From NCBI GenBank assembly GCA_951406725.2, contig OX597826.1:46066001-46130000 (forward strand): a DNA stretch of 64,000 nucleotides. Reading direction: 5' to 3'. The position numbers were made by a program, and so were the translations under genes. The notes under the pieces are model-generated. The model ran no database searches, was not told the origin of the DNA, and saw only the letters and a list, made by a program, of their open reading frames with translations. The number at the start of each line of letters is the position of its first letter. Within the stretch, counting starts at the first letter, position 1. Source of the DNA: Octopus vulgaris. Lineage: Eukaryota. Positions 36,906 through 50,366 of the stretch are shown one piece after another.

Positions 36906-37833
36906 TGGGCGAAATACCATTAAGCATTTCCTCCAGCATGCTAATGATTCCGCCAGCTCACTGCCTTGATAATAATGGTTTTAAATTTTTGCACAAGGCC
37001 AGAAATTTCAGTGAGATGGGCTAAGTTGATTAAATCAATCCTAGTGCTTATCATCATCCTCATCATCATCATCATCGTTTAGCGTCCGTTTTCCATGCTA
37101 GCATGGGTTGGACGGTTCTACTGGGGTCTGTGAAGCCAGAAGGCTTCATCACTGGTACTTATTTTATTGATCCCAGCAGAATTTGAACTTGTAGGGAGTG
37201 GTATAGCAGAATTTGTAGGGAGTGGGATAGTCAATCTCGTTGACCCCAGGGCTTGACAGGTACTTAATTTATTGACCCCGAAAGGATGAAAGGCAAAGTC
37301 AACCTCAGCAGAATTTGAACCCAGAATGTAAAAACGGCTGAAATGCTGCACAGGATTTTCCCCAGTGTGCTAATGATTCTACCAGTTCACTGCCTTACTA
37401 CTACTACTACTAATAATAATAATGATAATAATAATAACAATAATAACAACAACAACAAACATATCAATGAATGGATTCAAACACCTGTTCATGAATTATT
37501 ATGTCCTTCATTTAATATGGGTGGTGTGGATATTTGTGGAACTAAAGTTGCTGTATCAAGATTCTTCAGGACAATGCACCAAAACAATTGTCGCACACAT
37601 ACACACACACATACATGCACATGCACACACTCTTCAATAAACAAGGCAGCTGGGTGAGGCTGTAGTACATAAAGATGAAATGAAAAGACATTTAGAGCGA
37701 AAAAGAACAAAATGAGAAAGAAAGTGGAACAGTCAAAGAAAACAGAACAAAGAAAATTACCCCCACCACCATCATCATCATCATGGTCATCACCACCAAT
37801 CTACTGACATTTCAGAAACAATATAAAGAAAGG

Positions 37834-37864
<31 letters not shown>

Positions 37865-38772
37865 AGGAAGAAGAGGTGAAAAAAAAAAAGTGTTGAATTA
37901 ATGAGGGAGGTGCTATAGAATATAACAATACAAGGGAGGAGGAGGAGGAGGAGGAGGAGGAGGTGGTGGTATTGAGGGAGGAATCAACAGGTGAGGAGCC
38001 CAGTTATGGTTATAGGGGTCTAGGGGGTCGGTGTGAATAAGTTGAATGAATGAATCAATGAATGAAGCTGATCATGGAAAATGGTGTACTATTAGCAAGT
38101 TTTGTTACTTCGGAAAAAACCCACCCACACAAAACAAAACAAAAACACGCCGCACTATTTATCTCCCATAGACAGATTATTCTGGCATGCCAGACACCTA
38201 ATGAAGAGTATACATCACAGACATGCCGACAAGTGAATGGAATAAAAGAAGAAATGCAAATCTTACACACATACATATGTATATATGTATATACATGTAT
38301 ACATACATACATATATAAATATATACATATGTATACTTCTACCTCTTATTTGTATGCCCAAACTAATGCTTGTGTGTGTGTATGTATGCTTGTGTGTGTT
38401 TTCCATATCTGTGTGCGTATGTTTAGAGTGAACAATTAAAGACACAAATTTCATATTAATTATTCCACTTTTTTTGTAAGCAATAAAGATGTAAATATAA
38501 CAATGTTCCTTCATACAAAAAACCTAATTTTTTATGGGAAAAGGAAGCTACACAAAACAAACACATTTACAAAAATATGTGTGTGTGTGTGTGTGTGTGT
38601 GCGTGTGCGTATGTGTGTACTGTGCAGTAAGAAGTTTGCTTTCCGAACGTAAGCATTTAGGTTCAGTCCCACTGTCTGGCATCTTGGGTGTTTTCTACTT
38701 TAGCCCTAGCCTGATCCAAAGTCTAGTGAGTGAATTTGGTAGATAGAAACCAAAGCCTGTTATATATATGTT

Positions 38773-38805
<33 letters not shown>

Positions 38806-38833
38806 CGTGGCAAAAGAATTTTGCAATTCAACC

Positions 38834-39236
38834 AGGTGCAGGAGTGGCTGTGTGGTAAGTAGCTTGTCTACCAACCACATGGTTCAGGGTTCAGTCCCAC
38901 TGCATGGCACCTTGGGGAAAGTGTCTTCTACTATAGCATCGGGCCGACCAAAGCCTTGTGAGTGGATTTGGTAGACGGAAACTGAAAGAAGCCTGTCATA
39001 TATATGTATATATATATATGCGTGTGTGTATTTGTGCATCTGTGTTTGTCCCCCTTAGCATTGCTTGACAACCAATGCTGGTGTGTTTATGTCCCCGATA
39101 CTTAGTGGTTCGGCAAAAGAGACCGATAGAATAAGTACTGGGCTTACAAAAGAATAAGTCCCGGGGTCAAGTTGCTCAATTAAAGGCGGTGCTCCAGCAT
39201 GGTCGCAGTCAAATGACTGAAACAAGTAAAAGAGTA
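38834..39236 (+). mobile_element. SINE family A (full length)
   Basis: Matches the consensus. An older inverted copy lies at about 39695-40072. Confidence 0.9.
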
Positions 39237-40320
39237 TGTGGAACTTTAGACAAGTGTCTCCTGCAATAGTAGCCTCAGACTGATCAAAGGGTTTGGTGAA
39301 AGAACCCTGTTTATGTATGTATATGGGTGCCTGTGTATGTTAGCATCTCCTAGTCTTGACATCATGTGACAGTCGTAAACAAGAGTCACTATCATGCAAG
39401 CAGTATCCTTGATTTCCAATCTTCCACGAAAACATGTCTGGCCAAGGGGAAATATTACTTTACTCGGTAACAGATGAGAAGGTGACAGGAAATCCACATC
39501 AACAAATTATACCTGACTCCTGGAAGCACGGAAAAGTGGACATTAATACAATGTCAACGATGATGACGATGATGATGATGATATCTATCATAATGTAAGA
39601 GTTGTATAGTGAATCAATATATATTTGATTGACATATATTGCAAATATTGTTTGATATGGAATTTGATATGCTGGGTAGAATGGATAGATAGTCTCTCCT
39701 ATTTGTTTCAGTCATTAGACTATGGTCATGCTGGGGCACCACTTTGTGGAATTTGTAGTTGAATAAATTGACCCCAGTATTTCTTTTTCTTGTTTTTTTT
39801 TTTTTTTTTCATGCCTGGTACATTCTGTCAGCCTGTTTTGTTGAACCGCTAAGTTATGGGGGACATAAACACACTAACATCAGTTGTCAAGCGGTGGTGG
39901 GGAACAAACACTGACACAAACACACACACACATAAATATACGATAGGCTTCTTTCAGTTTCTGTCTATCAAATTCACTCACAAGGCTTTGGTCAGCCCAA
40001 GACTATAACTAGAAGACACTTGCCTAAGGTGCCATGCAGTAGGACTGAACCTAGAACCATGTAGCTGGGAACAAAATCAAACAATTAATGACTCTGAGTT
40101 TCACCCTAAGCTGGGCAATTCACAACTTATGAACTGGTAACTCAAGACTATAATAAACTCATATATACACATACACACATCCTTTGTTTATAGAAAATGC
40201 TTTGACTATGTATATAATAGCTTCTAATCTATTATGCTAGCTACAGCCTAATGATACTAACTGGTGATAACAAATTTTTGGAGAGTTGCACCGAGCTGTA
40301 CTGACATTAAGCAGGATAAA

Positions 40321-40708
40321 TCTTTATATATAAAGCTGAAGTTGTCTGTGTGTGTGTGGCAGGTTTGGTAGCCTTCAACTAACACTATCTCCTCCGAGTC
40401 CCTGTGGCACAAGTTGACCAAAATTGAGAGTATGATAGAAGAAGGTTTGCTCTTCATTCCGTAGAAGAAAAAATTCAAATCGGACCATGTTAAGACCAAA
40501 AATTATTTACATCAAAAAGGTGCTTCTTTACCATGAAAATCCCTATTTTTTACGATTTTTTGACAGCTGTTTCGCCATTTCAACCAGAAAAATGTTCACT
40601 TAAAGAGAATAACAAGCTACATAATGCAAAATTTTTACTTTTCAAAAATTCCAATTTAAAAGGGTCGAAAAGAAAATAAACCCGAGCAACGCCAGGCTAT
40701 ACTGCTAG
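40321..40708 (+). mobile_element. Non-autonomous Helitron-like element
   Basis: 5' TC (TCTTTATATATAAAGCTGAAGTTG), subterminal hairpin CCCGAGCAACGCCAGG, 3' CTAG, inserted between A and T with no TSD. Confidence 0.8.
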
Positions 40709-40928
40709 TATAGTAATGAAAATAATAAAACTCCATGGATAGAATTTATATCTTAATGCATTGCTTTGCACATTTCCACAAATCACATGTTTTTTTTAAG
40801 GTTATAGTCTGTCATCCGTGGATACTACAGACTGTACTGTTATCATAGCAGGAATACAGGCTATGATCTTAAGAAACATGGGATTTGTGGAAACAACAAC
40901 AACAACAACAGCCGCCGCCGCCACTGCC

Positions 40929-40962
<34 letters not shown>

Positions 40963-41889
40963 TACGTGTGTGTATATATTTATCAATTCTACTGATATAC
41001 TTCTGTGCTGTTTAGCACAATGCATTTTCACGAGATACTTTCTAAAGACAAATATTGCAGTTCTGTGCTTTCTACAGTATATCTACATTAAGAAAGATAT
41101 ACAGAATGCTATTTTGAACTAATACTGCCTCTGTCGCTTATAACTAATTTTTACCCAGCTTGTCAGCTATTTAAAACAGTCTCTGTTTTTCTATATCAGC
41201 AGAGGCAAAATTTGTTTGAGTAAGGAGTTGTTAGTGGATACCTGCCACTGATGACACTCAGAGAAGCAAAAATCTGGAGTTAACAATTCCTCTGCTGTAT
41301 GCTTTTTGTCTGCTACTTCAGTGCATTTTAGCACGATAAATTTTTATAGGAGATGCCTTCTTGAGATGAATACCATAGTTTTGTGTCTTTCCACAGTATG
41401 TTCACATTAAGTAAGAAATACAGAATGCTATTTTGAACTGATGCTTCTTCCATCACTAATAACAAATATGGGCATCTATTTACACATACAGTTGAAATTA
41501 CAAACTGGTGCATGTGTAATGATGCAATCTTAATTACACAAGTGGTATGATAGGAGACGGAACAGGGCAAGAATTAGTGACAGTGGAATGGGGGTTATCA
41601 TCATCACCATCATCAGCATTTAACATCTGTTTTCCATGCCGGCATGGGTTAGGTGGCTTATCAGGATCTGGCAAGACCAGGTGGTCACACCTGGTTCCAT
41701 AGTCTGCCTTGGCTTGGTTTCTACAGCCAGAGGCCCTTCCTAGTGCCAACTACTGGGTGCTTTTAACATGATACCGTCACCAGTGCTTTTTACATGGCAA
41801 CATCACCCAAACCTGTTCAGGTAGCCACAGCGCAGCAACACTAATACGTTTTACATGGCACATGGAGTGAGGAAATTAAACAAAGATGA

Positions 41890-42345
41890 AGTCAATGTCG
41901 ACAATGATGATGATGGTAATGGCAACGAGGGTGAACATGATAAATTTTGATGATGATGATGATGATGATTATGATGATAATAAAGAGGATGATGAAAGTG
42001 AAGATGAAAATGACGACAATAAAAATGGTGATGAAAATGACTACAACGAGACGATGACAGCTAATGATAAAGATGATGATGATGATGATGATGGAAATGA
42101 CAATGATGGTTAATGGCAATGATGAAGACAACGATAACAGTGATGCTGAAGATGACAATGGAGATAATGATGAAAGCAACAATGAAGATGATGACGACAA
42201 TGATGACGATGATGATAGTAGTGATGCAGAAGATGGTGAAAACATTTATGACAATGACAGAGATGAAGATGATGATGATGATGATGATGTTCATGATGAG
42301 AATGACGATCATGATAATGACAGTAATGATGGAGATGATGGCATC
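41890..42345. repeat. Degenerate (GAT/GAC/AAT)n low-complexity tract
   Basis: Direct inspection; gives spurious poly-D ORFs. Confidence 0.9.
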
Positions 42346-42789
42346 TCACAGCTTAGAGTTTTCTGAGATTTCATATCTTTAATCTAAATTCTTGACAGTG
42401 AAAATCTGAAATTTTTCTTTCAATATCGCAAATGGTTAATAACAAGTCATTTTAAGTTAGGTCACTGCAACATGTCAGTCAAATTACAAAATATGGGGGG
42501 ATGGAGGCAGGGGGGGGGCAGAAACAAACACAGATGCAAAAGAAGCAAACAAAAAAAAAATTGTAGTTTTTTCTTCTTGTTTTTTAAAGAATGTTATGTA
42601 AAAAGTTACGTACATTGTTTAAGAGAAAGAAAGAGTGAGAGAGAGGAGGAGATGGAAAGAAGAGAGAAGAAAAAAAGGAGAGAAGAGGGAGAGGCTATTC
42701 TATATACAAACTATGTGCTTCTGTCTTAATGAGATTGTTGAAAATGTTGTATTGTACACTGGAGCATTATTTATATTTGTGTCTGTGAA

Positions 42790-42826
42790 TATACATACAA
42801 ATATATACAAACACACACATGCAAAG

Positions 42827-42911
<85 letters not shown>

Positions 42912-42922
42912 TACATACAAAT

Positions 42923-42953
<31 letters not shown>

Positions 42954-43125
42954 CATACAAATATATATATATATATACATACAAATATATATATATATAC
43001 ATACAAATAAATATATATATATATATATATATATACATACAAATATATTATATACACATACATACAAATATATATATATACATACACACATACATACAAA
43101 TATATATATACATACACACATACAT

Positions 43126-43175
<50 letters not shown>
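42790..43175. repeat. Compound (AT)n/(ATAC)n microsatellite with higher-order ACATACAAAT periodicity
   Basis: Direct inspection. Confidence 0.95.
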
Positions 43176-43177
<2 letters not shown>

Positions 43178-43381
43178 TCGCAATGTTGGGGCACTGAACT
43201 CGACACATTTTTTCCCTATTCTTATACTATTTATTTCCTCTTATTCCTTTTTGTTGAAGAGTGAAGTGTTGAAATGTAAGAGACCTTTCCATTTTTCCCA
43301 AGCGTCAAATGCTTGTTGTTCCCACATCTGTCTTCATCTTTGTTTTCCTATAAGTTTGAACTATATATATATATATCTATA

Positions 43382-43694
43382 TCTTTATATATAAAACTGA
43401 AGTTGTGTGTGTGAGAGTCTGTCTACTCCGATTTAGATTCCTAACTACTCCCACATTTTGCGGTGCAGTTTAACCAAAAGCGGGTATCTTATAGTCGTGA
43501 TTCATATTGAGCCCTTCTGGGTATTAGCGCGCGTCTATGATGAGTCTACGATTTAAAAAAAATTTACCATCATTTTTTCGTTTTTTTAATGCATTTTTTA
43601 CTCGGTTTTATATGGGAAGTAACTCTCTAAAAATGCTTTCCCTTACAAAGTTATTTCCCTTACAAACCCGTGCAATGCCGGGCGATACTGCTAG
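43382..43694 (+). mobile_element. Non-autonomous Helitron-like element (same ends as 40321, different interior)
   Basis: TCTTTATATATAAAACTGAAGTTG ... CCCGTGCAATGCCGGGCGATACTG-CTAG|T. Confidence 0.8.
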
Positions 43695-44671
43695 TATATA
43701 TATATATATATATATGTATAATATGGGTGGCTGATTCACAATTTTACAACATAGGAACTGTAATATATATGTCACTAAAATGATAAAGGGCACTAATCAG
43801 CACCAGTGTTGCTAGAAATAAGAGTCAAAACAATTTAATAGCCATAGAAGTACTATCTTAATGACTGACAAGGGAGGCAAGCTCCCTATGGCAGCAGACA
43901 TAGTCAGGTGACAGATGATTTCACATTTTGATGCCTATGCATCTTAATGCTTGCTGGTGGCTGTCACCACATCTAGGGTTAAACTCAGCTTGCCATGTTA
44001 GCTTATAAGATTTTCATTGAAATCATACGCTGATTTCATAAGTGGTTGGCGTTAGGAAGGGCATCCAGCCGTAGAAACATTGCCAGATCAGACTGGGCCT
44101 GGTGCAGCCTTCTGGCTTCCCAGACCCCAGTTGCACCGTCCAACCCATGCCAGCATGGAAAGCGGATGCTAAACGATGATGATGATGATGATGATATATG
44201 TGTGTGTGTATATATACAGAGAGAGAGAGAGAGAGAAAGAGGTAAAGAGTCTTCTTCCTCCTGTTCTGCTTTAGTCCCCTTCTCTCATACTATAATTCCT
44301 TATCTCCAAGCATAAATACCCTCCTCCTTTTGGGGGTTTGTAGATTTGCAAGCTTCACAGTGACCTCACTAGTGCTGGTGCTACAAAAATGAGCAGCCAG
44401 TACATGCTAATAAAAGTGGCTTATGTTAGGAAGAGCATACAGCTATGAAAAACCATGCCAAAGTGGACACGGGAATGCAAAGCAGTCCTCGATCTCATCT
44501 TATCTTGTTAAACCATCCAACCAATACAAGCATGGAACATGATGATGATGACGATGATGGTGTGTGTGTGTGTGTTCAGTGGAGTTACTAGGAATGATGT
44601 GTGCATATAAACAGATTGGTTATTTGTTTTATCTGGGATTGGTCAAGCGATGAAGACACATGTAATCAGAT

Positions 44672-44988
44672 ACTAATCACCGTGATCACCATGAATGACC
44701 AGGCTATCAGATGTTGTTACAGATCGCTGGTCACAATGCGCATTGCATTGTTTTAGCCTCCAAATGAAGCTGCCCCGCTGGCTAAGTGAGCAGGTCAATA
44801 GAAGAAAGAGTGAGAGAAAGTTGTAGCAAAAGAGTACAGCAGGGATCGCCACCACCCCCTGCCAGAGCCTTGTGGAGCTTTAGGTGTTTCCTCTCAATAA
44901 ACATTCACAACATCCGGTCTGGGAATCGATACCGTGATCCTATGACCGTGAGTCTGCTGCCCTAACCACTGGGCCATTGCGCCTCCAC
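44672..44988 (-). mobile_element. tRNA-derived SINE (fifth family)
   Basis: Minus strand TGGAGGCGCAATGGCCCAGTGGTTAGGGCAGC...GGTATCGATTCCC head followed by a distinct body. Confidence 0.72.
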
Positions 44989-45124
44989 AATGAGATACTA
45001 ATAAAGGTCAAAAATCAATTAAGACTGTTCATCAAATCTACAAGGAAATAGGGAAATTTGAGATATTTGTATGTCTACTATACAGGTTTACACAACCATC
45101 AATTGATGTCAAGACAAAGGCATG

Positions 45125-45165
<41 letters not shown>

Positions 45166-45712
45166 AGACACACACTTACACACATACATATGTGTATATA
45201 TGGATATGAGAGTATATATGTTTGTGTCTCCTTGTCGTGGCATCGTGAGATGGTTGTAAATGGATGTCAGTCATTTCTGATATTCAGCAAAAACATGTCT
45301 GGCCGCTGGGGAAATATTACCTTGCTTGGAAACAGGTAATGGTTGGCAACAGGAAGTGCATCCAATTGCAAAAAAAAAAAAAAACTGTCACAATGCCATG
45401 CGAGCACGTAAAAGAAGACTTTAAATAACGACGATACATGCGGACACACATTTACACACACGTTCAGTATTTTATGCGTGCGCATGCGCGTGCAAATGTA
45501 TGAATCAAAGCAATGGCAACTACTTTATGAATGATTCAAGAAGGGTTTCACACAGAAATTCAATAGGAAATTGCGCAACCCATCTCCATGTCATCACTTG
45601 TTACTTATTACAATGATTTGTCAACACTTCAATGTAATTTATTGAAGTGCTTTGTGTTTAAAGCATACGAGGGTGAATGAAGTTTCTGGAGGAGCCAGGC
45701 ACCAACATATTT

Positions 45713-45744
<32 letters not shown>

Positions 45745-46987
45745 ACGCACATGTTGGAGTGGAAAGATAAGAAAGCAGTTGCAGGAAATCTCAATTTTTG
45801 TTTTCGAAAGATCTTTTGAAAAATACCCAAAAATTAAAATAATTAAGAGCATGTTTAAGGGAAAATAAAAAATAAAAATTATATATATATATATATATAT
45901 ACTTTAAATACTTAATGTCTTAAACTAAAATAAAAAAGCAAGAAATACTTCAAGGAGAAGATAAGAAACAATGTTATATTATATTTTACATAAGTGTTTG
46001 TGTAGATGTGTGGTTATGTGCGTGTGTGTGTGTGTTTGTGCTAAAGAGGTTGAAATTGTGTCAGAAGTTAATAATGATTAAACAAAAATAAAACAGGAAG
46101 ACTAATTAATAATGAAAATAAAAACGAATAAATAAAATGCATCGTTTTATAATTAATTGAGTGCCAAAGTGTGGTTTGTCATCAGCAATTGAACGGCACC
46201 AATTTTGGTACAGTTCTCTAGAATTGACAAGTGTAACTTGGATCTTAGTTTGTAGTGATGCAAAAGGGTAGGTGCATTAGCATAATTTTTTTCAAATATT
46301 TTGTATCTTTTAATATTTTTTTAATCTTTTATCTTTGAATTGTTTCAGTCATTAGATTGTGGCCATGCTGGGGCAATACCTTGCAGGGTTTTTAGTTGAG
46401 TGAATCAACCCCCAGTACTTTCTTTTTAAAGCCTAGTACTTATTCTATCGGTCTCGTGTGCTGACCTGCCAAGTTAACAGGGGTGAAAACAAACCAACAC
46501 TGGTTGTCAAGTGGTGGTGGTGGACAAACATACACACAAAAGCACTCACACACATGTATGTATGTGTATACCATCATCATCATCATCGTTTAACATCTGT
46601 TTTCCTTGGTAGCATGGGTTGGACAGTTTGACCGGGGTTTGGGAAGCAAGGAGGCTGCACCAGGCTCCAGTCTGATCTGGCAGTGTTTCTACAGCTGGAT
46701 GCCTTTCCTAATGCCAGCCACTCCATGAGTGTAATGGGTACTTTTCATGTGCCACCGGCACAGGTGCCAGGGGAGGCTGGCAATGGCCACGAATGGTTGG
46801 TGCTTTTTACGTGCCACTGGCACGGAAGCCAGTCAAGTCGGCGCTGGCATCGGCCACATTTGGATGGTGCTTTTTATGTGCCACCAGCATATGGGTCTCA
46901 CAACTACAATTTGCATTTGATTTTTTATTTTGATGTTGATGTACTTGACTCAATAGGTCTCCTCAAGCATATATATATCTATATCTA

Positions 46988-47040
<53 letters not shown>

Positions 47041-47387
47041 GAGTTTTTTTCAGTTTCTGTCTATTAAGTCCACTCACCCAAGGTGCCATGCAGTGGGAAT
47101 GAACTGGGCACCATGTAGTTGGGAAACAAGCTTCTTACCGTACAGCCACATCTGAGACTCTAATTTTTTTTTTTTTTTTTAATCTAAATTCAGCTCACGA
47201 GCTGTGGCCATGCTGGGGCACCGCCATTTCTAATGTACATCATAATTTTGAAATATCTACAAAACCATCAAAAGCTTGTTTATTTTAATGTTTTTTGATT
47301 TATTATTATTAGTGTTGCTTAATGTTTTGCTTAAATTGCTGTTTCTTTTCAATTATCGTTAGAAAAAGGTAATTAAAATTCATTAAA

Positions 47388-48470
47388 ATGACAGATTTAT
47401 CAGACTTTCAAAGAAGTCAAATTGTTGTTGCTCATATGGCAGACGCTAGTGTAATGAAAATAGCTGAAATGTTTGGTGTATCAGGAAATACAGTCACGAA
47501 AGTAATGACAGCCTTTGAGAAAGAGGGGAAAAACATCCCTGTTGAAAAAAAAACTCCAGGAAAAAAAAAAACTTTCAGATAGGGACTGTCAGGCACTTAT
47601 GCAATTTGTTAAAAAGGATCACAAAAGTATAGCTCCCAAAATTACTGCAGAACTTAATGACCACCTCGAGAACCCAGTTTCCACAAAAACTGTTTGCTGG
47701 GAGATGCACAAAGCTGGATTTTATATGAGGGCTGCAATCAGAAAACCACTACTTTCAAAAACAAACATTGCAAAGTGTTTAGAGTAGAGTAAAAACCAAC
47801 AGAATTGGTCCCTAGAGCAGTGGGAATGTTATTTTCTTGGATGAGTCATCCTTTACCTTATTTCCAACCACCGGCCAAGTATATTTGTGGAGACAGCCAT
47901 AAAGAACCATTTGACCCAGACTGCCTTCTTTCAACTGTTAAACATGGAGGAGGATCTGTGATGATCTGAGGGCTATATCTTGGAGATCTGCTGGCCAAAT
48001 GGTTTCTCCTCATGGCAGAATTAATAATCAAGACTAGTTAAGCATTTTATCTGATCAAATTCATTCTATGGTTGCGGAAGTATTTCTGGAGGGAAACGCA
48101 ATCTTTCAGGATGATAATGTATCAATTCACACAGCTTAAGTTGTTACTGAATGGCATGAGAAACATTCTAGTGAAGTTGAACATCTTATCTGGCCACCAC
48201 AGTCCCCAGATCTGAATATTATTGAACATTTATGGTGCATTTTAGAAAAACAAGTAAGGAGCCGATATCCTCCACCATCATCACTACAAGAACTGGAAAC
48301 TGTTTTAGCTGAAGAATGGACAAAAATTCATTTGGAAACAATTCAAATTTTGTATGATTACATATCTCATAGAATTCAAGGTGTAATTACAGCCAAAGGT
48401 GGTCCTACCCTATATTAAAAAAAATTTGTTTGAAATTTCAAGGTGTTTCCATTATTTTGTCCAACCCCTG
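47388..48470 (+). mobile_element. Decayed Tc1-like transposon (transposase pseudogene, DD36E spacing) with right TIR
   Basis: MTDLSDFQRSQIV paired-like HTH, ...IRKPLL..., VIFLDES, TVKHGGGSVM, FQDDN...WPPQSPDLNIIEHLW, ...AKGGPTLY*, with frameshifts and stops. Right TIR GGTGTTTCCATTATTTTGTCCAACCCCTG|TA; left TIR not seen. Confidence 0.93.
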
Positions 48471-48492
48471 TATATATATGTGTGTGTGTGTG

Positions 48493-48531
<39 letters not shown>

Positions 48532-48659
48532 TATATATATATGTATATTATTATTGTCATCATCATCATCATAAATCAACATCCGTTTCCCATGCTGGAA
48601 TGAGTTGGGCTATATATATATGTGTGTGTGTGTGTGTGTATGTGTGTGTGTAAAGCAAG

Positions 48660-49160
48660 AAATAATAGTCATTACATATTTTCCCTTTATTAGAGAAAGT
48701 TTGGCTTACAGCTGTTTCCAGTAGTCATTGTAAGTACATTATTGATAGGTTTACTCAACTGGTCTGTTCATCAGCTGAGAAAAATTGAATACCCCACCAA
48801 AAATTAACATTACTTTCATCAGATCCATTTCTGAACATTCTCTGTTTTTTTCCCCCATCCTTGTTTTTGTATACATTCACTGCTTTCTTCCAAGGTATCT
48901 AATGCTCTTAGCTTAGTTTTTCTTTGGGGCTAGGCCAGAATGGAGCAATCTCGAGTATAACCAGCAGAAATTGCAAAGATAACCCGGAACTTGACCGAGG
49001 ACATCTAGGTGATACAAATAACCTGGAACTTGACTGAGGAAAGCAAACTCCGAATGACCCATCCTTGTTTTCCTTGTATCGTCTATCTGGATGTTTTGTT
49101 GTCCCTTTTTTGTATCACCTAGATGTCCGGATGTTTTGCTTTCTTGTCCCATTTTGTATT
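48660..49160. mobile_element. Two adjacent Penelope-like fragments
   Basis: 48700-48780 minus strand has CTGATGA...GAAACAGCTGTA (decayed hammerhead-like). 48840-49160 is the reverse-orientation relative of 32070-32345. Both sit between (TA/TG)n tracts. Confidence 0.5.
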
Positions 49161-49198
49161 TTATATATATATGTATGTATGCATGCATGTATGTATAT

Positions 49199-49237
<39 letters not shown>

Positions 49238-49294
49238 TCCATACATACACAGAAACTGATATGATTAATAATCAACTTTGAATTGAGTACTTAC

Positions 49295-49414
49295 CTCGGT
49301 GCCAACTAATGTAGGTCGAATATATAAAGTATCACCAGGAGTTGCAGGAACCCAGTCAGCATCAAGAGAAACCAATTTTTTAATACATTCTACTAACTCT
49401 CTGCCATCAAATGT
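49295..49414 (-). CDS. BCAT: Internal coding exon of branched-chain amino acid aminotransferase (class IV PLP-dependent), 40 codons, phase 0-0
   Basis: Translates to TFDGRELVECIKKLVSLDADWVPATPGDTLYIRPTLVGTE, which aligns without gaps to the human BCAT1 segment [40 protein letters not shown] (recalled), including WVP and the LYIRP motif. Acceptor TTCTCTTCTTTTTCAG and donor GAG|GTAAGT on the minus strand. No other BCAT exon was found by eye in the window. Confidence 0.95.
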
Positions 49415-49639
49415 CTGAAAAAGAAGAGAAGTTCTTCTATAATATAAAATTATGAAATCATGATACAACGACACAACACCAATGTGCAGACACATATTAT
49501 CTATATGATAAAATATAAATAATATTTGACGGATATTATCTATATTATAAAATATAGATAAATAGAAATATTACATTTCTAAATCTCTTAGAGAGAGTTA
49601 TGGAGTAACAGCACGATAAAGTGATGGCTTGTTGCCAAC

Positions 49640-49827
49640 TTGATGTGACAGTCCCAGGAAAGGAAAGAATATTACTGTTATTTATCCCCAAGAAACACCG
49701 TTTCTAGTTAGCTATGTGACACAAGGATTAAGGAAACAACACTTGTGTTGCAAAGCCTACTAGAAATGGTGTTTTTTGGGGCTAAATAACAGTAACATTA
49801 TTCCCTTTCCTGGGTCTGCCACACCAA
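49640..49827. repeat. Foldback element, ~86-bp degenerate arms, 16-nt spacer
   Basis: 49640-49725 is complementary to 49742-49827 (e.g. TTACTGTTATTTATCCCCAAGAAACACC versus GGTGTTTTTTGGGGCTAAATAACAGTAA). Confidence 0.88.
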
Positions 49828-50208
49828 AAGGACAAAATATATAGATAGTATTCCTTTTAATTTTAGAACAAGGCTAATATGTTTGAAGAGTGCAGCAGGG
49901 AAAGTTGATTCTATGAACATCAATACTTCACTCATACTTATTTTATCAACTCCAAAAGGATGAAAGGCAAAGTTGATATCAGCAGGTTTTGAGCTCAGAA
50001 CACATACAGCCAGAAGAAATACTGCTTAGCATTTGTCTCTCATGCGAACCATTCTGCCATCTCACTGGTTTATAGAATATATAATATATAGATATATAAA
50101 TGTATGAATACATATGCAAATATAAATGTGCATGTGTGTATATCTATGTATATATGTGTGTGTGTGTATATCTGCAAAAGTAATATGTGACAATTATTCG
50201 GTAGCCAA

Positions 50209-50269
50209 GATAAAACTCCGAGTTTCGGATGCCGAGGTGGAAATCCACGCCACCATCTCTTCAGTTATC
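50209..50269 (-). ncRNA. Type I hammerhead ribozyme motif (Penelope-like), canonical core
   Basis: GAUAA-CUGAAGA-GAUG...GUGGA-UU-UCCAC...CAUCC-GAA-ACUC-G-GAGU-U-UUAUC: 5-bp stem I, CUGANGA, stem II, GAAA, stem III, GUU cleavage triplet. Confidence 0.7.
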
Positions 50270-50305
50270 CGGCCATCGGATAAACGCCTATAAATCCAAT
50301 GGCCA

Positions 50306-50366
50306 GATAACTGAAGAGATGGTGGCGTGGATTTCCACCTCAGCATCTGAAACTTGGAGTTTTATC
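50306..50366 (+). ncRNA. Type I hammerhead ribozyme motif, inverted partner of 50209-50269 (three CpG-type changes)
   Basis: GATAA-CTGAAGA-GATG...CATCT-GAAACTTGGAGTT-TTATC. Confidence 0.6.
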
